Below are positions 53,457 to 63,326 of a stretch of DNA of 64,000 nt, piece after piece; position 1 is the stretch's first letter; the number at the start of each line of letters is the position of its first letter. The notes under the pieces are model-generated. The model saw only the letters and a list, made by a program, of their open reading frames with translations, was not told the DNA's origin and did no database searches. The DNA is from an uncultured Methanomassiliicoccales archaeon (lineage in GTDB: Archaea > Thermoplasmatota > Thermoplasmata > Methanomassiliicoccales > Methanomethylophilaceae), in assembly GCA_949298875.1 (NCBI GenBank), contig CASFYI010000063.1:2021-66020 (forward strand), written 5' to 3'. The position numbers were made by a program, and so were the translations under genes.

Positions 53457-53655
53457 CTGTCACACCTCTCCGGGACATGCGTCCCTGCATCCCATGCCGT
53501 GCCTGTGCGGTTTCCGGCCGGGAACCCTTCTTTTCCCGGACGCGCGCACGACTTAAAAGGGTAAGGGGTGCGAATATTTAAAGGGGGTTTAAAGCCAGAG
53601 GATGTCTGGCCATCAGTCCTCGGGGATCCGTAGGATGCCCTGCAACCGGCTGACG

Positions 53656-54996
53656 TCGATCGTCGAATGACTGGAGTATGAGCTCGGGGAGCTCCGCGAC
53701 GGACCCGAGGACGGCGGTCGGATGGATGTCGGAACCCTCCAGCATCCTCTCGTCGGTCTCTCCGGAGAGGACCAGAACCGACTGCGTGCCGGCGTTCTGC
53801 GCCATCGCGATGTCCGTGTACAGACGGTCACCAATCATGACGCACTCGCCCGGGTCGACGCCCATCTCGCGGGCGGCCATCTCGAGCATCAGACGGTTGG
53901 GCTTCCCGATGACCGTCGCGGTCGTCTGGCACATCTGCTCGAACATCCTGATGAACGGCCCGATGTCTATGTCGTAGGAGTCCTCGGTGGGGCACAGGTC
54001 GTCGGGGTGCGTGGCTATTAGTTCGGCACCGCCCTTCAGGAACCTGTACGCCCTGTTGATCTTCTCGTAGGTGATCGTCGTGTCGAAGGTCAGCAGCACG
54101 ATGTCCGGGTCATCCTCGACAAGCGGGATGCCCGCCTCCCTCAGCTCGTCGACCACCCCGGGCACAGCCACGGGGTACACGGTCCTGCCCATCCGCTGGG
54201 AAAGGAGGAACCTTATGGTCGCGATCGTCGAAGTCAGGACATCGCGGTCGGTGACGTCGAACCCCAGGTGCCTGAGCTTGTCGCCGTAGAACGAGCGCGG
54301 GTGGGACGAGTTGTTCGTCAGGAAGACGAAGGGCACCCTCTGGTCCCTCAGGAACGAGATGAGCTCCCTGGCCCCCGGGATCGGGACGCCGCCCTTGTAG
54401 ACGGTCCCGTCCATGTCCAGCATCAACCCGCCGAACCTCATGGCCTTCGGCTCCCGCCGCTCCGGCTTCCCCAGCCACTGGGACACGACCCTCATGGTCT
54501 CGTCCAGCGCCGCGCGCGAGTTGCGGTTGTATATCGTCGCCGCCGGATGGTACGTGGGGATGAACAGGACCTCGCGGCCGTTGATGTCTATCGTCACGGG
54601 AACGTTGACGATCTGGGACATCGGGCCCTCGTACCCCATCAGGTCCCTGCACGCCGACTTCCCCAGGCCGACCACCAGCCTGGCGTCCTCCAGCTCGGAG
54701 AACAGGAACGGGCGGCAGGCGGCCATCTCCTCCGGGAGGGGGTCCCTGTTGCCCGGAGGCCTGCACTTGACTGTGTTGGTGATCATGACGTCGGCGCGGC
54801 TGAAGCCGTGGGCCGCCATCATATCCTCCAGGATCTTCCCCGACTTGCCGACGAACGGTCTGCCCTTCAGGTCCTCGTTCTCGCCAGGACCCTCCCCGAC
54901 GAAGATGATCCCGTTGCCGGGGTTCCCGTCCGGGTAGACGACCTGTGTGCGGCCCTCGCAGAGTCCGCAAAGCCTGCAGTCGGGATCCGGCCTCAT
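53656..54996 (-). CDS. Family-4 uracil-DNA glycosylase fused in-frame to a HAD-IIA (NagD-like) phosphatase (ends at CGA)
   Basis: CxxC, GEGPG..E, KCRPP.NR, YHPAA; then DMDGT, TNN, GKP, GDRLYTD; CGA 53656-53658. Confidence 0.8.
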
Positions 54997-55523
54997 CTCT
55001 CACCCAGGAGCTCGGAGCCCTTGACGAGCGGGATGAACCTCACGCCCTCGGCCTCCAGGGCCTCGGCGCCTCCGGCCTCGCGGTCTATGACAGAGAGGAC
55101 CCACTTCACGTCCGCCCCGGCCTCGCGGAGCACGTGGATGCCCTTGATGCAGGATCCGGCGGTGGTGACGACATCCTCCACCATCAGGACGCTCTCGCCC
55201 TCGTTCAGATCGCCCTCGATCTGCTTCCCGGTCCCGTGGTCCTTCTTCTCCTTGCGGACCATGACGAACGAGAGGCCCGTCTCCAGGGCAAGCGCGGCCT
55301 CCAGGGGCACGGCTCCGAGCACGACGCCGGCGATCCTGTCGGCCTCGATGCCGTTCTCGCGGACCTTCTCCGCCATCAGGCGGGCGATGAGGCCCAGGAC
55401 CTTCGGGTCCGTGCTGGCCTTCTTGATGTTGATGTAGTAGTCGCTCTTGGCGCCGGAGGCGAGGGTGAACTCGCCGAACTGCAGCGCTCCGCACTCCTTC
55501 AATGCGTCGGATAGCTCGCTCAT
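54993..55523 (-). CDS. pyrE: Orotate phosphoribosyltransferase
   Basis: FTLASG..S.YY, RKEKKDHG, VEDVVTTAGS. Confidence 0.95.
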   Translation of the reverse strand: MSELSDALKECGALQFGEFTLASGAKSDYYINIKKASTDPKVLGLIARLMAEKVRENGIEADRIAGVVLGAVPLEAALALETGLSFVMVRKEKKDHGTGKQIEGDLNEGESVLMVEDVVTTAGSCIKGIHVLREAGADVKWVLSVIDREAGGAEALEAEGVRFIPLVKGSELLGER

Positions 55524-55528
55524 TTGAA

Positions 55529-56101
55529 TCACCAGGGTTCCTTCTTCAGGCCCATCCTGTAACCGATTATGTTCACCAGCCTGTGGATGGCGAACATGAT
55601 GACTATGATGAAGATCAGGGCCGCGATGTGCCAGCCCTCGATGAAGTTGGCGTAGACCCAGTCGGGGAAGAACAGCGCCGTCACCAGGAACGCGCCTATG
55701 ACGAAGTCGTACTGGTCCAGGATCGGGGCCTTCTGACCCCTCTCCATGCCGAGGCGCCTCTTGATAAACGCCCCGCAGAGGTCCCCGAGCACCGCTCCGA
55801 AGGACAGACAGGCGAGCACGCCCACGTTGCCCCAGAACTCCCCGAAGCCCCAGTAGTCCTCCGATCCGAAAATGGCGGAGATCCCGATCAGGATCAGCCC
55901 GAACAGGATCCCGGAGAACGCCCCTCCGAAGAATCCCCTCCAGGACTTCCCGTCGCCGAAGATCCTCTTGCCCCTCCAGGACTTGCCGAAGTCTATCTTG
56001 GTGCCTCCGCCGAACACGACGGCCGCCGAATTCGGCAGCATCGCGGGCAGGAACAGCCAGAGTCCGTTCAGCATGATGGCGATAACGCCGATGACATCCA
56101 T
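55529..56101 (-). CDS. carS: CDP-archaeol synthase
   Basis: PN..AV.FGGG..ID, GDGKSWRG, GDL..AFIKRR, DQYDF. Confidence 0.92.
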   Translation of the reverse strand: MDVIGVIAIMLNGLWLFLPAMLPNSAAVVFGGGTKIDFGKSWRGKRIFGDGKSWRGFFGGAFSGILFGLILIGISAIFGSEDYWGFGEFWGNVGVLACLSFGAVLGDLCGAFIKRRLGMERGQKAPILDQYDFVIGAFLVTALFFPDWVYANFIEGWHIAALIFIIVIMFAIHRLVNIIGYRMGLKKEPW

Positions 56102-56150
56102 GTTGGCACCTGGTTCCGGATGGTGGCCCCACCTAAAATGGTTATGCGCG

Positions 56151-57590
56151 TCGCCGCCGGACGACCCATCTGCCGCGGGTGCCGCCGGATCTCTCCACCA
56201 CACCCATCGCCTTCAGATTCTGAATGCGAGTGTACACGGCCGAAGGGGTCAGATCCAGCTTCTCGGCCATGGAGCTGACCGAAATCCGGTCATTCTGTTC
56301 CATCATGGACATTATGGATTCGTCGGCCTTGCTATCGCTCGATGCCGACATGAAGCTAAGTCTGAGCACCACTCTCGGAGGACCGTACTCCTGGACGTAC
56401 TCCGGTCTGGCCAGACCGTTGGATTCCCAGATCGACATTATGCGCAGCACCCCTACGCCGATGCGCTCCACCTTCCCAATCAAATCGAACATCCTCGCCA
56501 GCGTTGGATTGCGCGGATCGCTGTGACCTCCAGCTTCGGCCTTCTCCAGGGGGATGTGGAAATCACCGTAGTTTGATACGGTCAGCGTCCTGATGCGTCT
56601 GACCAGGCGTACGCCTTCACGACCAGCGTAGTCATTGTTGATCAGAGCATTCAGCAACGCCTCCCTGATGGCTGTCTGTAGGTCCGTCGACATGATGCGA
56701 TCGAACCCGTTCGGGACGGATGTTCCACTCGTTTCGGTGGAAAGGCGTCTAACGACTCTGCTGTAAAAGTTGTAGATGTTCCCGACCCAGGTCGTATCCC
56801 TTGTGGAGAGTCTGTACTCCCAATCCAGACCAGCATCAGTACATTCCAGATAATCGAGATTGAAGCTGCCGTTCCAACGCAATATGCGTTCATAGCGACC
56901 GAACATCAGCAGACCCGCTACTGTGAGATGTGACTCGCCGCCTTCGGAATCCATGGCTCCGATCGCTTTCAGGAAATCCTCCACCTCCAGCCTGTTCAGG
57001 ATGCTATCTGGGTTGGCTGAGCGGAGTTCATTGCGATATTCAATCACGGAATTCATGTCGAGATCGTCGATTCCCATATTGGTCAGGACGGAACGGTCGA
57101 TCGGACCAACGTTATCACGGATCATCGAATCGATCTCATCCATGGTACACATGAAATCGCCCTCACCTCCGCGACGGAAAGTGCCATCGTCACGACGGCC
57201 GTTGATGAACACCGGCCTCAGACGACGATCGGCACGCGGCACCTCCAGGATTATGATGCTCTTCCCATCAACTTCCAGCGTCTTGATGTCCTGTATCAGA
57301 TTCACACTGACCTTCTGATGGTTGTGAAGACAGGTCCATATGTCCTGCACCATCTTGTCCGGATCGGCGATACCCGTGATCGTAGGCTTTCCATCGACCT
57401 CCGATACACCTAGAACGATGATTCCTCCCTCCGTATTGGCGAAGGCGGAATATGTCGACCACATCGATTCGGGGAGGCCCTTGGATGCCGACTTGTATTC
57501 CACATCGACGGATTCCGAACATAGGTCGGAACCTTCGATCAGAAACTCACTTCTGTCAATTATGTTCCTGAATGCCTCCCTGATTTCCAT
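56151..57590 (-). CDS. Schlafen/AlbA_2 + HATPase_c_4 + wHTH protein, second paralog (CGA end; TAA at 56142)
   Basis: EYK, YSAFANTEGG, REALLNA, PRNP, GGTRGRW; lower GC. Confidence 0.85.
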
Positions 57591-57624
57591 GAATTGGTGA
57601 TTGATTACTCGATATTTTATACTT

Positions 57625-57681
57625 ATTATTTGAAATAATTAGATTATTATTCGAAATAATCCCCGTATTATTTTGAAATCA
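57625..57681. promoter_or_regulatory. Three imperfect palindromes ATTATTYGAAATAAT at 21-bp spacing
   Basis: Copies start at 57625, 57646 and 57667 in an AT-rich promoter. Confidence 0.6.
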
Positions 57682-57692
57682 GGGTTTATTGT

Positions 57693-58649
57693 TTACCTGA
57701 CGGATCTCAGGTCCCCGTCGCTGACGATCCTGCGGTACACCGCCTCTATGACCGCCGACGGGTCCATCCCGCCCTCACGGATGATCCTCTCCGCCTCCGC
57801 CTTGAGGACCGAGTCCACCCTGGCATCGACCACGGATCCGCGTCCGCTCATCGGCAGACCCGACGCCGCGGCACCGCGGAGGGAGTCGATGTACTCGTTG
57901 TACCTCATGCCCCTCTCCCTGGCGACCGCCCTTATGAGGTCGGTGGTCCCGGAGCCGTACTGGGACGACTTCTTCCTCCTGTCCAGGAGGCAGTCGAACC
58001 CCAGGTCGCGGGCGACATCCTTCAGCACCGCCTTCCTCGAATCCATGTCCCTCGGCAGGAGCTCCTCCGGATCCAGAGCCTCCGCCTGTGCGATGACCTC
58101 CGGGTCCATGTACGGGTAGCGCAGGTCCTTCGAGAAGTGCGATGCTATGGCGAGCTCGCACGGGATCGACACCTCGCGGAGACGGTCCTTCCCTGCCCTC
58201 ACCAGGGAGTCGTAGGCCTCCGGCGTCCTCCCCACGTACTTGGCGCACCCCATGAAGTACTCGTCCGCGCCCTGGCCGGTGAGGACCACGTCCTCGGGGC
58301 ACTCCCTGCAGACGCTGAAGAGCTGGAGCTCGTAGGATACGGTGAACGGGTCGGTCACCCCCGTTGCGGACATCAGCTCGACGATCAGCTGGCCGATGTT
58401 GCCCGTGGTGAGCTTCACATGCGTCCACGGCAGGCCGAGCCTCTTCGAGAGCTCGTCGGCCGCGACCACATCGTACGCGTTGGCGGTGCCGCAGGTGTAC
58501 AGGTGCACGGACCTCGCATATCTCGCGGCGAGACCGGCGACCAGCCCGGAATCCAGGCCGCCGGAGAACGCTATCGCCACGTCCCTCCCCTCGGACATCC
58601 TGCGGACTGCGGAGACGATGGAATCCTCGAGTTCGGGGCGGCGGCTCAT
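57693..58649 (-). CDS. Asparagine synthase C-terminal domain protein with RelB/DinJ-like C-terminus
   Basis: AFSGGLDS, TGQGADE, RYPY, KK..QYGSG; tail ARVD..LK..AE.I....G. Confidence 0.75.
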   Translation of the reverse strand: MSRRPELEDSIVSAVRRMSEGRDVAIAFSGGLDSGLVAGLAARYARSVHLYTCGTANAYDVVAADELSKRLGLPWTHVKLTTGNIGQLIVELMSATGVTDPFTVSYELQLFSVCRECPEDVVLTGQGADEYFMGCAKYVGRTPEAYDSLVRAGKDRLREVSIPCELAIASHFSKDLRYPYMDPEVIAQAEALDPEELLPRDMDSRKAVLKDVARDLGFDCLLDRRKKSSQYGSGTTDLIRAVARERGMRYNEYIDSLRGAAASGLPMSGRGSVVDARVDSVLKAEAERIIREGGMDPSAVIEAVYRRIVSDGDLRSVR

Positions 58650-58750
58650 GCCCCGGCGATGGCGACGCTGAAGATAAAGGGAGCGACCCGGGGATGGTAT
58701 AATCCGTTTCCCCTTCCAGTATATACGCCGGATCGCGATATATCATCCTC

Positions 58751-59611
58751 ATGACATCAGGAGTGCTGGGAATCATCGGATGCCCCATGCTCGAGGACAA
58801 CCTGGTCTACTGTCTGAGGAAAGACCCCGAGCCCAGGGACATCGCCATCATCAGGAACGACAACATCGGGTCGATATGCAGGAAACTGGAGATGCACTCC
58901 ATCCCCTACAGGATCATAGAGGAATCCGATTTCAAGGCCGGGAGATACGAGCCGGTCGAGGGGGAGTTCAACCTCGTGATCATGCTGTTCAGCCTGGGCC
59001 TCCACGCGGTCCCCGAGGATCTCAAGGCCACGGTGGAGTCCATGACGGAGGAGATGCAGCCCTTCGTGGATGCTATAGGGTTCTACCTGGGCACCTGCGG
59101 GACATACGAATGGGACATCCCCAAGTGGTGCGAATCCAAGGGCTACAAGCCGTCGGCCATGTTCTGCGACGAGAAGGGCAACCTGTGCCACGACTGCGTC
59201 GGCGTCAACATCGCCGGCGGACCCAAGTACCTGCAGATGGAGAAGCACTACCCCGGCTGCATCTACGTGTTCCCGGCCATGGCCACGAACTACGACGATT
59301 TCATGAGGGCCAACAACAAGGAGCAGGAGGCCATAGCCAAGAACATGACCCCCGAGATGATGGAGGTCCTGGGCATCGAACCCGGTGCGGACGGGTACAT
59401 GAGATGGCTGCTGAGCCTCGGCAACTACCGGTACCTGCTGAAACTCGACAATGGCATCGGCGACGAGGGGTTCGACGAGAACCTGAGGAAGCTGGAGGAG
59501 AGGACCCATCTCGAGATCAAGGACGCCGAGCCGGGGTGGGCCAGCACCCAGCCTACCGTGGATCTGTACGCGAAGTGCAAGTCGCTCCTGGATCAGGCTC
59601 ACAGCGGCTGA
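58751..59611 (+). CDS. DUF1638-like protein
   Basis: GC.MLE, LGLH..P..L, YLG.CG, HDC; typical neighbour of corrinoid methyltransferases. Confidence 0.7.
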   Translation: MTSGVLGIIGCPMLEDNLVYCLRKDPEPRDIAIIRNDNIGSICRKLEMHSIPYRIIEESDFKAGRYEPVEGEFNLVIMLFSLGLHAVPEDLKATVESMTEEMQPFVDAIGFYLGTCGTYEWDIPKWCESKGYKPSAMFCDEKGNLCHDCVGVNIAGGPKYLQMEKHYPGCIYVFPAMATNYDDFMRANNKEQEAIAKNMTPEMMEVLGIEPGADGYMRWLLSLGNYRYLLKLDNGIGDEGFDENLRKLEERTHLEIKDAEPGWASTQPTVDLYAKCKSLLDQAHSG

Positions 59612-60183
59612 AGAGGACGGGATCCGTCCGGAGGCTGGCTGTAGAAGACCATCGAGAAGTAGGACTGCTCCGTGTTCCCGCCCCTGCGGTCTATCCCGTT
59701 GGACAGGAGGAAGGCCGTGAGGTCGATCCCGTAAGACTCTATCGAGAACATCCTGTCCTGGGGGTGGATACAGCGGCCCTCCGGGCACGGGCAGGACCCG
59801 CACAGAGAACACGCGCCGGCTCCGAGCATCTTGAACCCGAGACCGGCCATCCCCCTGAGCCTGTCGCGGACCTCGAACGTGTACCTCGCGTGAGCCGCCA
59901 TCGACTCCCCCATGCCCTTCAGGTCGAAGGGGCCGTCGCGAGGATGGGTCGTCCTGATGAGGATGACCCTGTCGTAACGGGAGAGGATCGACTCGCAGGT
60001 CGGGCAAGGCGGGACGTGCGGGAGGCAGGACCAGCTCCTGCCGTAGTGCCCGCAGTAGTTCATCTCGCAAGCGCGGCGGACCTCCTCGATGATGCTGACC
60101 GGATGCTCCGACAGGTCGAAGGACCCGATGTAGGTGACGTTCGGATTCCCGACCGAGCGCACGGCCGCCTCGACGAGATCCAT
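59599..60183 (-). CDS. DUF2284 metal-binding protein
   Basis: C..N.CG.YGRSWSC.P, GAC..C..C, SIESYGID. Confidence 0.8.
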   Translation of the reverse strand: MDLVEAAVRSVGNPNVTYIGSFDLSEHPVSIIEEVRRACEMNYCGHYGRSWSCLPHVPPCPTCESILSRYDRVILIRTTHPRDGPFDLKGMGESMAAHARYTFEVRDRLRGMAGLGFKMLGAGACSLCGSCPCPEGRCIHPQDRMFSIESYGIDLTAFLLSNGIDRRGGNTEQSYFSMVFYSQPPDGSRPLQPL

Positions 60184-60184
60184 C

Positions 60185-61318
60185 TCGGCATCCCCCCTCC
60201 GAAGAGGACCTCAGCGGGTTGTAGAACACGAACACGACAGCAAGCAGCGCTCCGACGGCGGCCGCCGCCCACAGGTTGAACACCAGGTGCTCCCCTGCCA
60301 GCACGTCACCGACCGTGCTCCATGCCAGCGAGATGAAGCAGCCGGCGTACTGCGCCGACGTCGCCAGGGCGGTCGCGAACGCTAGGGTTGACGGCTTGCT
60401 GATGATCCCCGCCCAGTCCACGAAGGCCGGGATTATCATGCCGAATCCGAATCCGAACACGGCCAGCCCGACAGTCATCATCGCGCCGCTGTCGAAGACC
60501 GCCTGGATGAGCGCCCCCGCCGCGGTAGCGACCCACAGCACCGGGAAGACGGCGCGGGTGGAGAGCGACCTGATGCGCGAGTAGAGCATGCCTCCCACGC
60601 ACCCTAGGGCGGTGAAGACGGACAGTGCCAGGCCGGACACGGCGGATCCTCCGGCGCCACGCTGCTCGAACAGCTCGGACGTGTTCTGCATGACCGAGAA
60701 CTGCAGCATGCCGTACACCATGAACAGGACCACGATGAGCAGGATCCTGCGGTCGAGGCCCCTCCATCCCATCGGTCCCGCGCTGCGGACGTCCGGGATC
60801 ATGAAGGACATCGCCAGTGCCACGACGAACAGCAGGTAGCCGTAGAACGTCGTCTGCCAGCCCATGTCCGCCAGGAAGCCGCCCATCGACTGCAGCACTA
60901 TGCCGCCCAGATTGAGCATCAGGCTTCCCACGGACAGGAGCTTGGCCCTCGCGTCCCCCTCGAACCCTCCGTTGACCAGGGCGTTGGCCATGGGGATGAG
61001 GAGTCCGACCCCGATCCCGACCGCCGCGCGGCAGACCAATATCGCGACGAAATCATCGATGAACGCCGGCACCACGCCCGCCACGAGGCACAGCGCGGAG
61101 CCGGCGACCGCCATCGTCCTGTAGCCGACCCTCCTGCCTGCGACGAAGCCGAAGGCGATGCCGGCGATGGCGATGAAGATGGTTGGAAGGGAGTTTATGA
61201 GCGCGTACTCCTGGTCGGGGAAGGCCTCTGCGAACTTCGCCATGGCCGGGGTCACTATGCAGAAACCCAGGCTGAAGAAGTACAGGGTCATGACGGCCGC
61301 CAGGTCGGTTCTGCCCAT
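60185..61318 (-). CDS. MFS transporter (ends at CGA)
   Basis: About 12 TM segments, G......G.R and R...G.G motifs; CGA 60185-60187 ends 1 nt before the next ATG; start could be 61339 or 61348. Confidence 0.85.
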
Positions 61319-61349
61319 GCCCTCCGAGCACGCGCCCATGTCCGGCACC

Positions 61350-63167
61350 TCAGTCGAACTTCTCCGCGGAGATCTTGTCGATCGCCTTGGAGACGGAGTC
61401 GTACACGCCGGGGACGATTGAGATGCCCAGGCCCCTGGTGAGGCACGGGATGTAGCTGTGGCAACCGTTCTGCTCGATCCTCTGCCTGACGAACTCCTCT
61501 ACACCCTTGTCGGTGAAGCCCGGGGCATCGATGATGGAGTTGTCGATACCGCCCATGAAGATGAAGCGGTCTCCGTACTTGTCGATCAGCTCGGGGATGT
61601 TGTTGGCGCTGACGGGGCCCTGCCAGATGTCGGCGCCCATCTCGATCTGGATGGGTACGAGGTTGGCGGCGTAGCTGTCGGAGTGGTGGATGACGACCTT
61701 CCCTCCGAGCTCCCTGAAGTGCTTGAAGATCCTCTTGTAGGGCTCGAGGAAGAACTCCCTGTGGGTCTCGGGGTCGAGGAACGAGTTGATGGCGGTGCCC
61801 CAGTCGTCGTGGTGGAACAGGACCTCGGCGTGGTAGCGGCCCATGGTGGCGTCCAGGGACCTGCACTCCCAGTCGGCGATCCAGTCGATCAGCTCGTGCA
61901 TCTCGTCGGGGTGCTCGTAATACGCGGTGAGCGCGGCGTTCATGCCCATGAGGAAGTGGGTCCTCTCGAACAGTCCGGGGAACATCGGGATGGCTATCGG
62001 CCTTCCCGCCTCGCGGGCGGCGGCGGCCTGCTGATCCGACATCGCCCAGGCCTCCTCGGGGAATCCGGTGGTCTGAGGCTGCTCGTGGACGTACTCCCTC
62101 CACTTGGTGATGTCCTTGATGACGATGGTCTCGGGAGTCTCCTCGGGGTGGGATCCGGCGGAGCCCTCGGGATTGAGGTGTGTGACACCCCACGCGTCGA
62201 CATACCTGGGCTTGGGCTGGAGGAGCTCGTCGACCAGGTTCCTGGAGTTCGCCATGACGGGATCGAAGAGCACGTCGAAGAAGTACTGGTTCAGGAATGC
62301 GTCGGGGACCCCCTCGTCGTGCTTGAGCCACTCCTGGAGGTTCTCCCAGATGGTCAACTTGGACTTGTCGTACTTTCCGGCGTCCCTGAGGGCCCTGATC
62401 GCCGGGGGCTCCATGTGGCGGTGGCGGGTCTCGACTGCCTCCTCGGCCTTGATTCCGTCATTGAAGGACTTCACGGCGGCGTAGGCGACCTTCCTGGAGG
62501 CTTCGGAGAGCTCTGCGATGGGGCATCCGCCGAGGAGGGTCTTCGCCCTGTCCGCGGCGGTAGCGGCATCCACGGTGTAGACGTCGGCCTTGATCTCGTC
62601 GCTGAACATCTGATCCATGGTCGCACCTCCGACGAAGATGGCGAAACCGGACCTGTCGGACCTGGCGTTGAGCCTGTCTGCGGTGTCCTTCAGGGCCTGG
62701 CGGGTAGGGGTCATGGACGAGGAGCACGCGACGATCCTGGTGTCGGGGTTCTCGTCGAGCGTCTTGACGAAGTTCTCCGGAGGCACATCCGCCCCCAGAT
62801 CGATGGTGTCCATGCCGGCTCCCTGCAGCATGACGGTCACGAGATTCTTGCCGATGTCGTGGACATCGCCCATGACCGATCCGATGATGGCCTTCCCCTT
62901 GACTCCGGACTCGCCGGACTCCGCCAGCTTGGGCCTCAGGATATCGAGACCGGCCTGCATGGTCTTGGCGGCCATGAGCATCTGCGGCATGAAGATCGTG
63001 TTGTTCTTGAAGCCCTCGCCGATCTCGTTCATACCGGCGATCATGCCTTCATCAAGAATCTGTCCGGCGGTGAAGCCAGCATCCAGAGCCGCGTTCACCT
63101 TGGGCACTATGTCCCTGAAGCGGTACTTCGTGATGCATTCCTTGACATCGTTGATCTTCTGTTCCAT
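61350..63167 (-). CDS. Corrinoid protein fused to a URO-D/MtaA-family methyltransferase domain
   Basis: B12 cap plus GDVHDIGKNLV and VGGA; C-terminal DAWGV, HDDWG, HSD, MGGID. Confidence 0.85.
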   Translation of the reverse strand: MEQKINDVKECITKYRFRDIVPKVNAALDAGFTAGQILDEGMIAGMNEIGEGFKNNTIFMPQMLMAAKTMQAGLDILRPKLAESGESGVKGKAIIGSVMGDVHDIGKNLVTVMLQGAGMDTIDLGADVPPENFVKTLDENPDTRIVACSSSMTPTRQALKDTADRLNARSDRSGFAIFVGGATMDQMFSDEIKADVYTVDAATAADRAKTLLGGCPIAELSEASRKVAYAAVKSFNDGIKAEEAVETRHRHMEPPAIRALRDAGKYDKSKLTIWENLQEWLKHDEGVPDAFLNQYFFDVLFDPVMANSRNLVDELLQPKPRYVDAWGVTHLNPEGSAGSHPEETPETIVIKDITKWREYVHEQPQTTGFPEEAWAMSDQQAAAAREAGRPIAIPMFPGLFERTHFLMGMNAALTAYYEHPDEMHELIDWIADWECRSLDATMGRYHAEVLFHHDDWGTAINSFLDPETHREFFLEPYKRIFKHFRELGGKVVIHHSDSYAANLVPIQIEMGADIWQGPVSANNIPELIDKYGDRFIFMGGIDNSIIDAPGFTDKGVEEFVRQRIEQNGCHSYIPCLTRGLGISIVPGVYDSVSKAIDKISAEKFD

Positions 63168-63326
63168 GTCTTCTTCCTCCTTCGAGGTTGAAACATAGAC
63201 ATGACGAACGAAAGGTAAAGACCCACGTCAGGATATCATGGTTATTAACGCACAGGGGCTTTCTGACGATCTGGGTATTCAGGCACATATATTGTTTAAT
63301 AACTAGTTATTACAATCATAGTTATC

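Noticed and set aside
49200-53564. 1454-aa plus-strand ORF and other long antisense ORFs (e.g. 37891..40563, 61458..63191)
   Set aside because: Shadow ORFs opposite real genes, expected from high GC3 codon bias; no family motifs.
54440-54470. CGG as an additional stop (CGG CGG in the UDG-HAD linker)
   Set aside because: CGG occurs inside intact genes (crp SDRSE, AlbA-1 AERGG, MBL ICRAD), so it encodes an amino acid.
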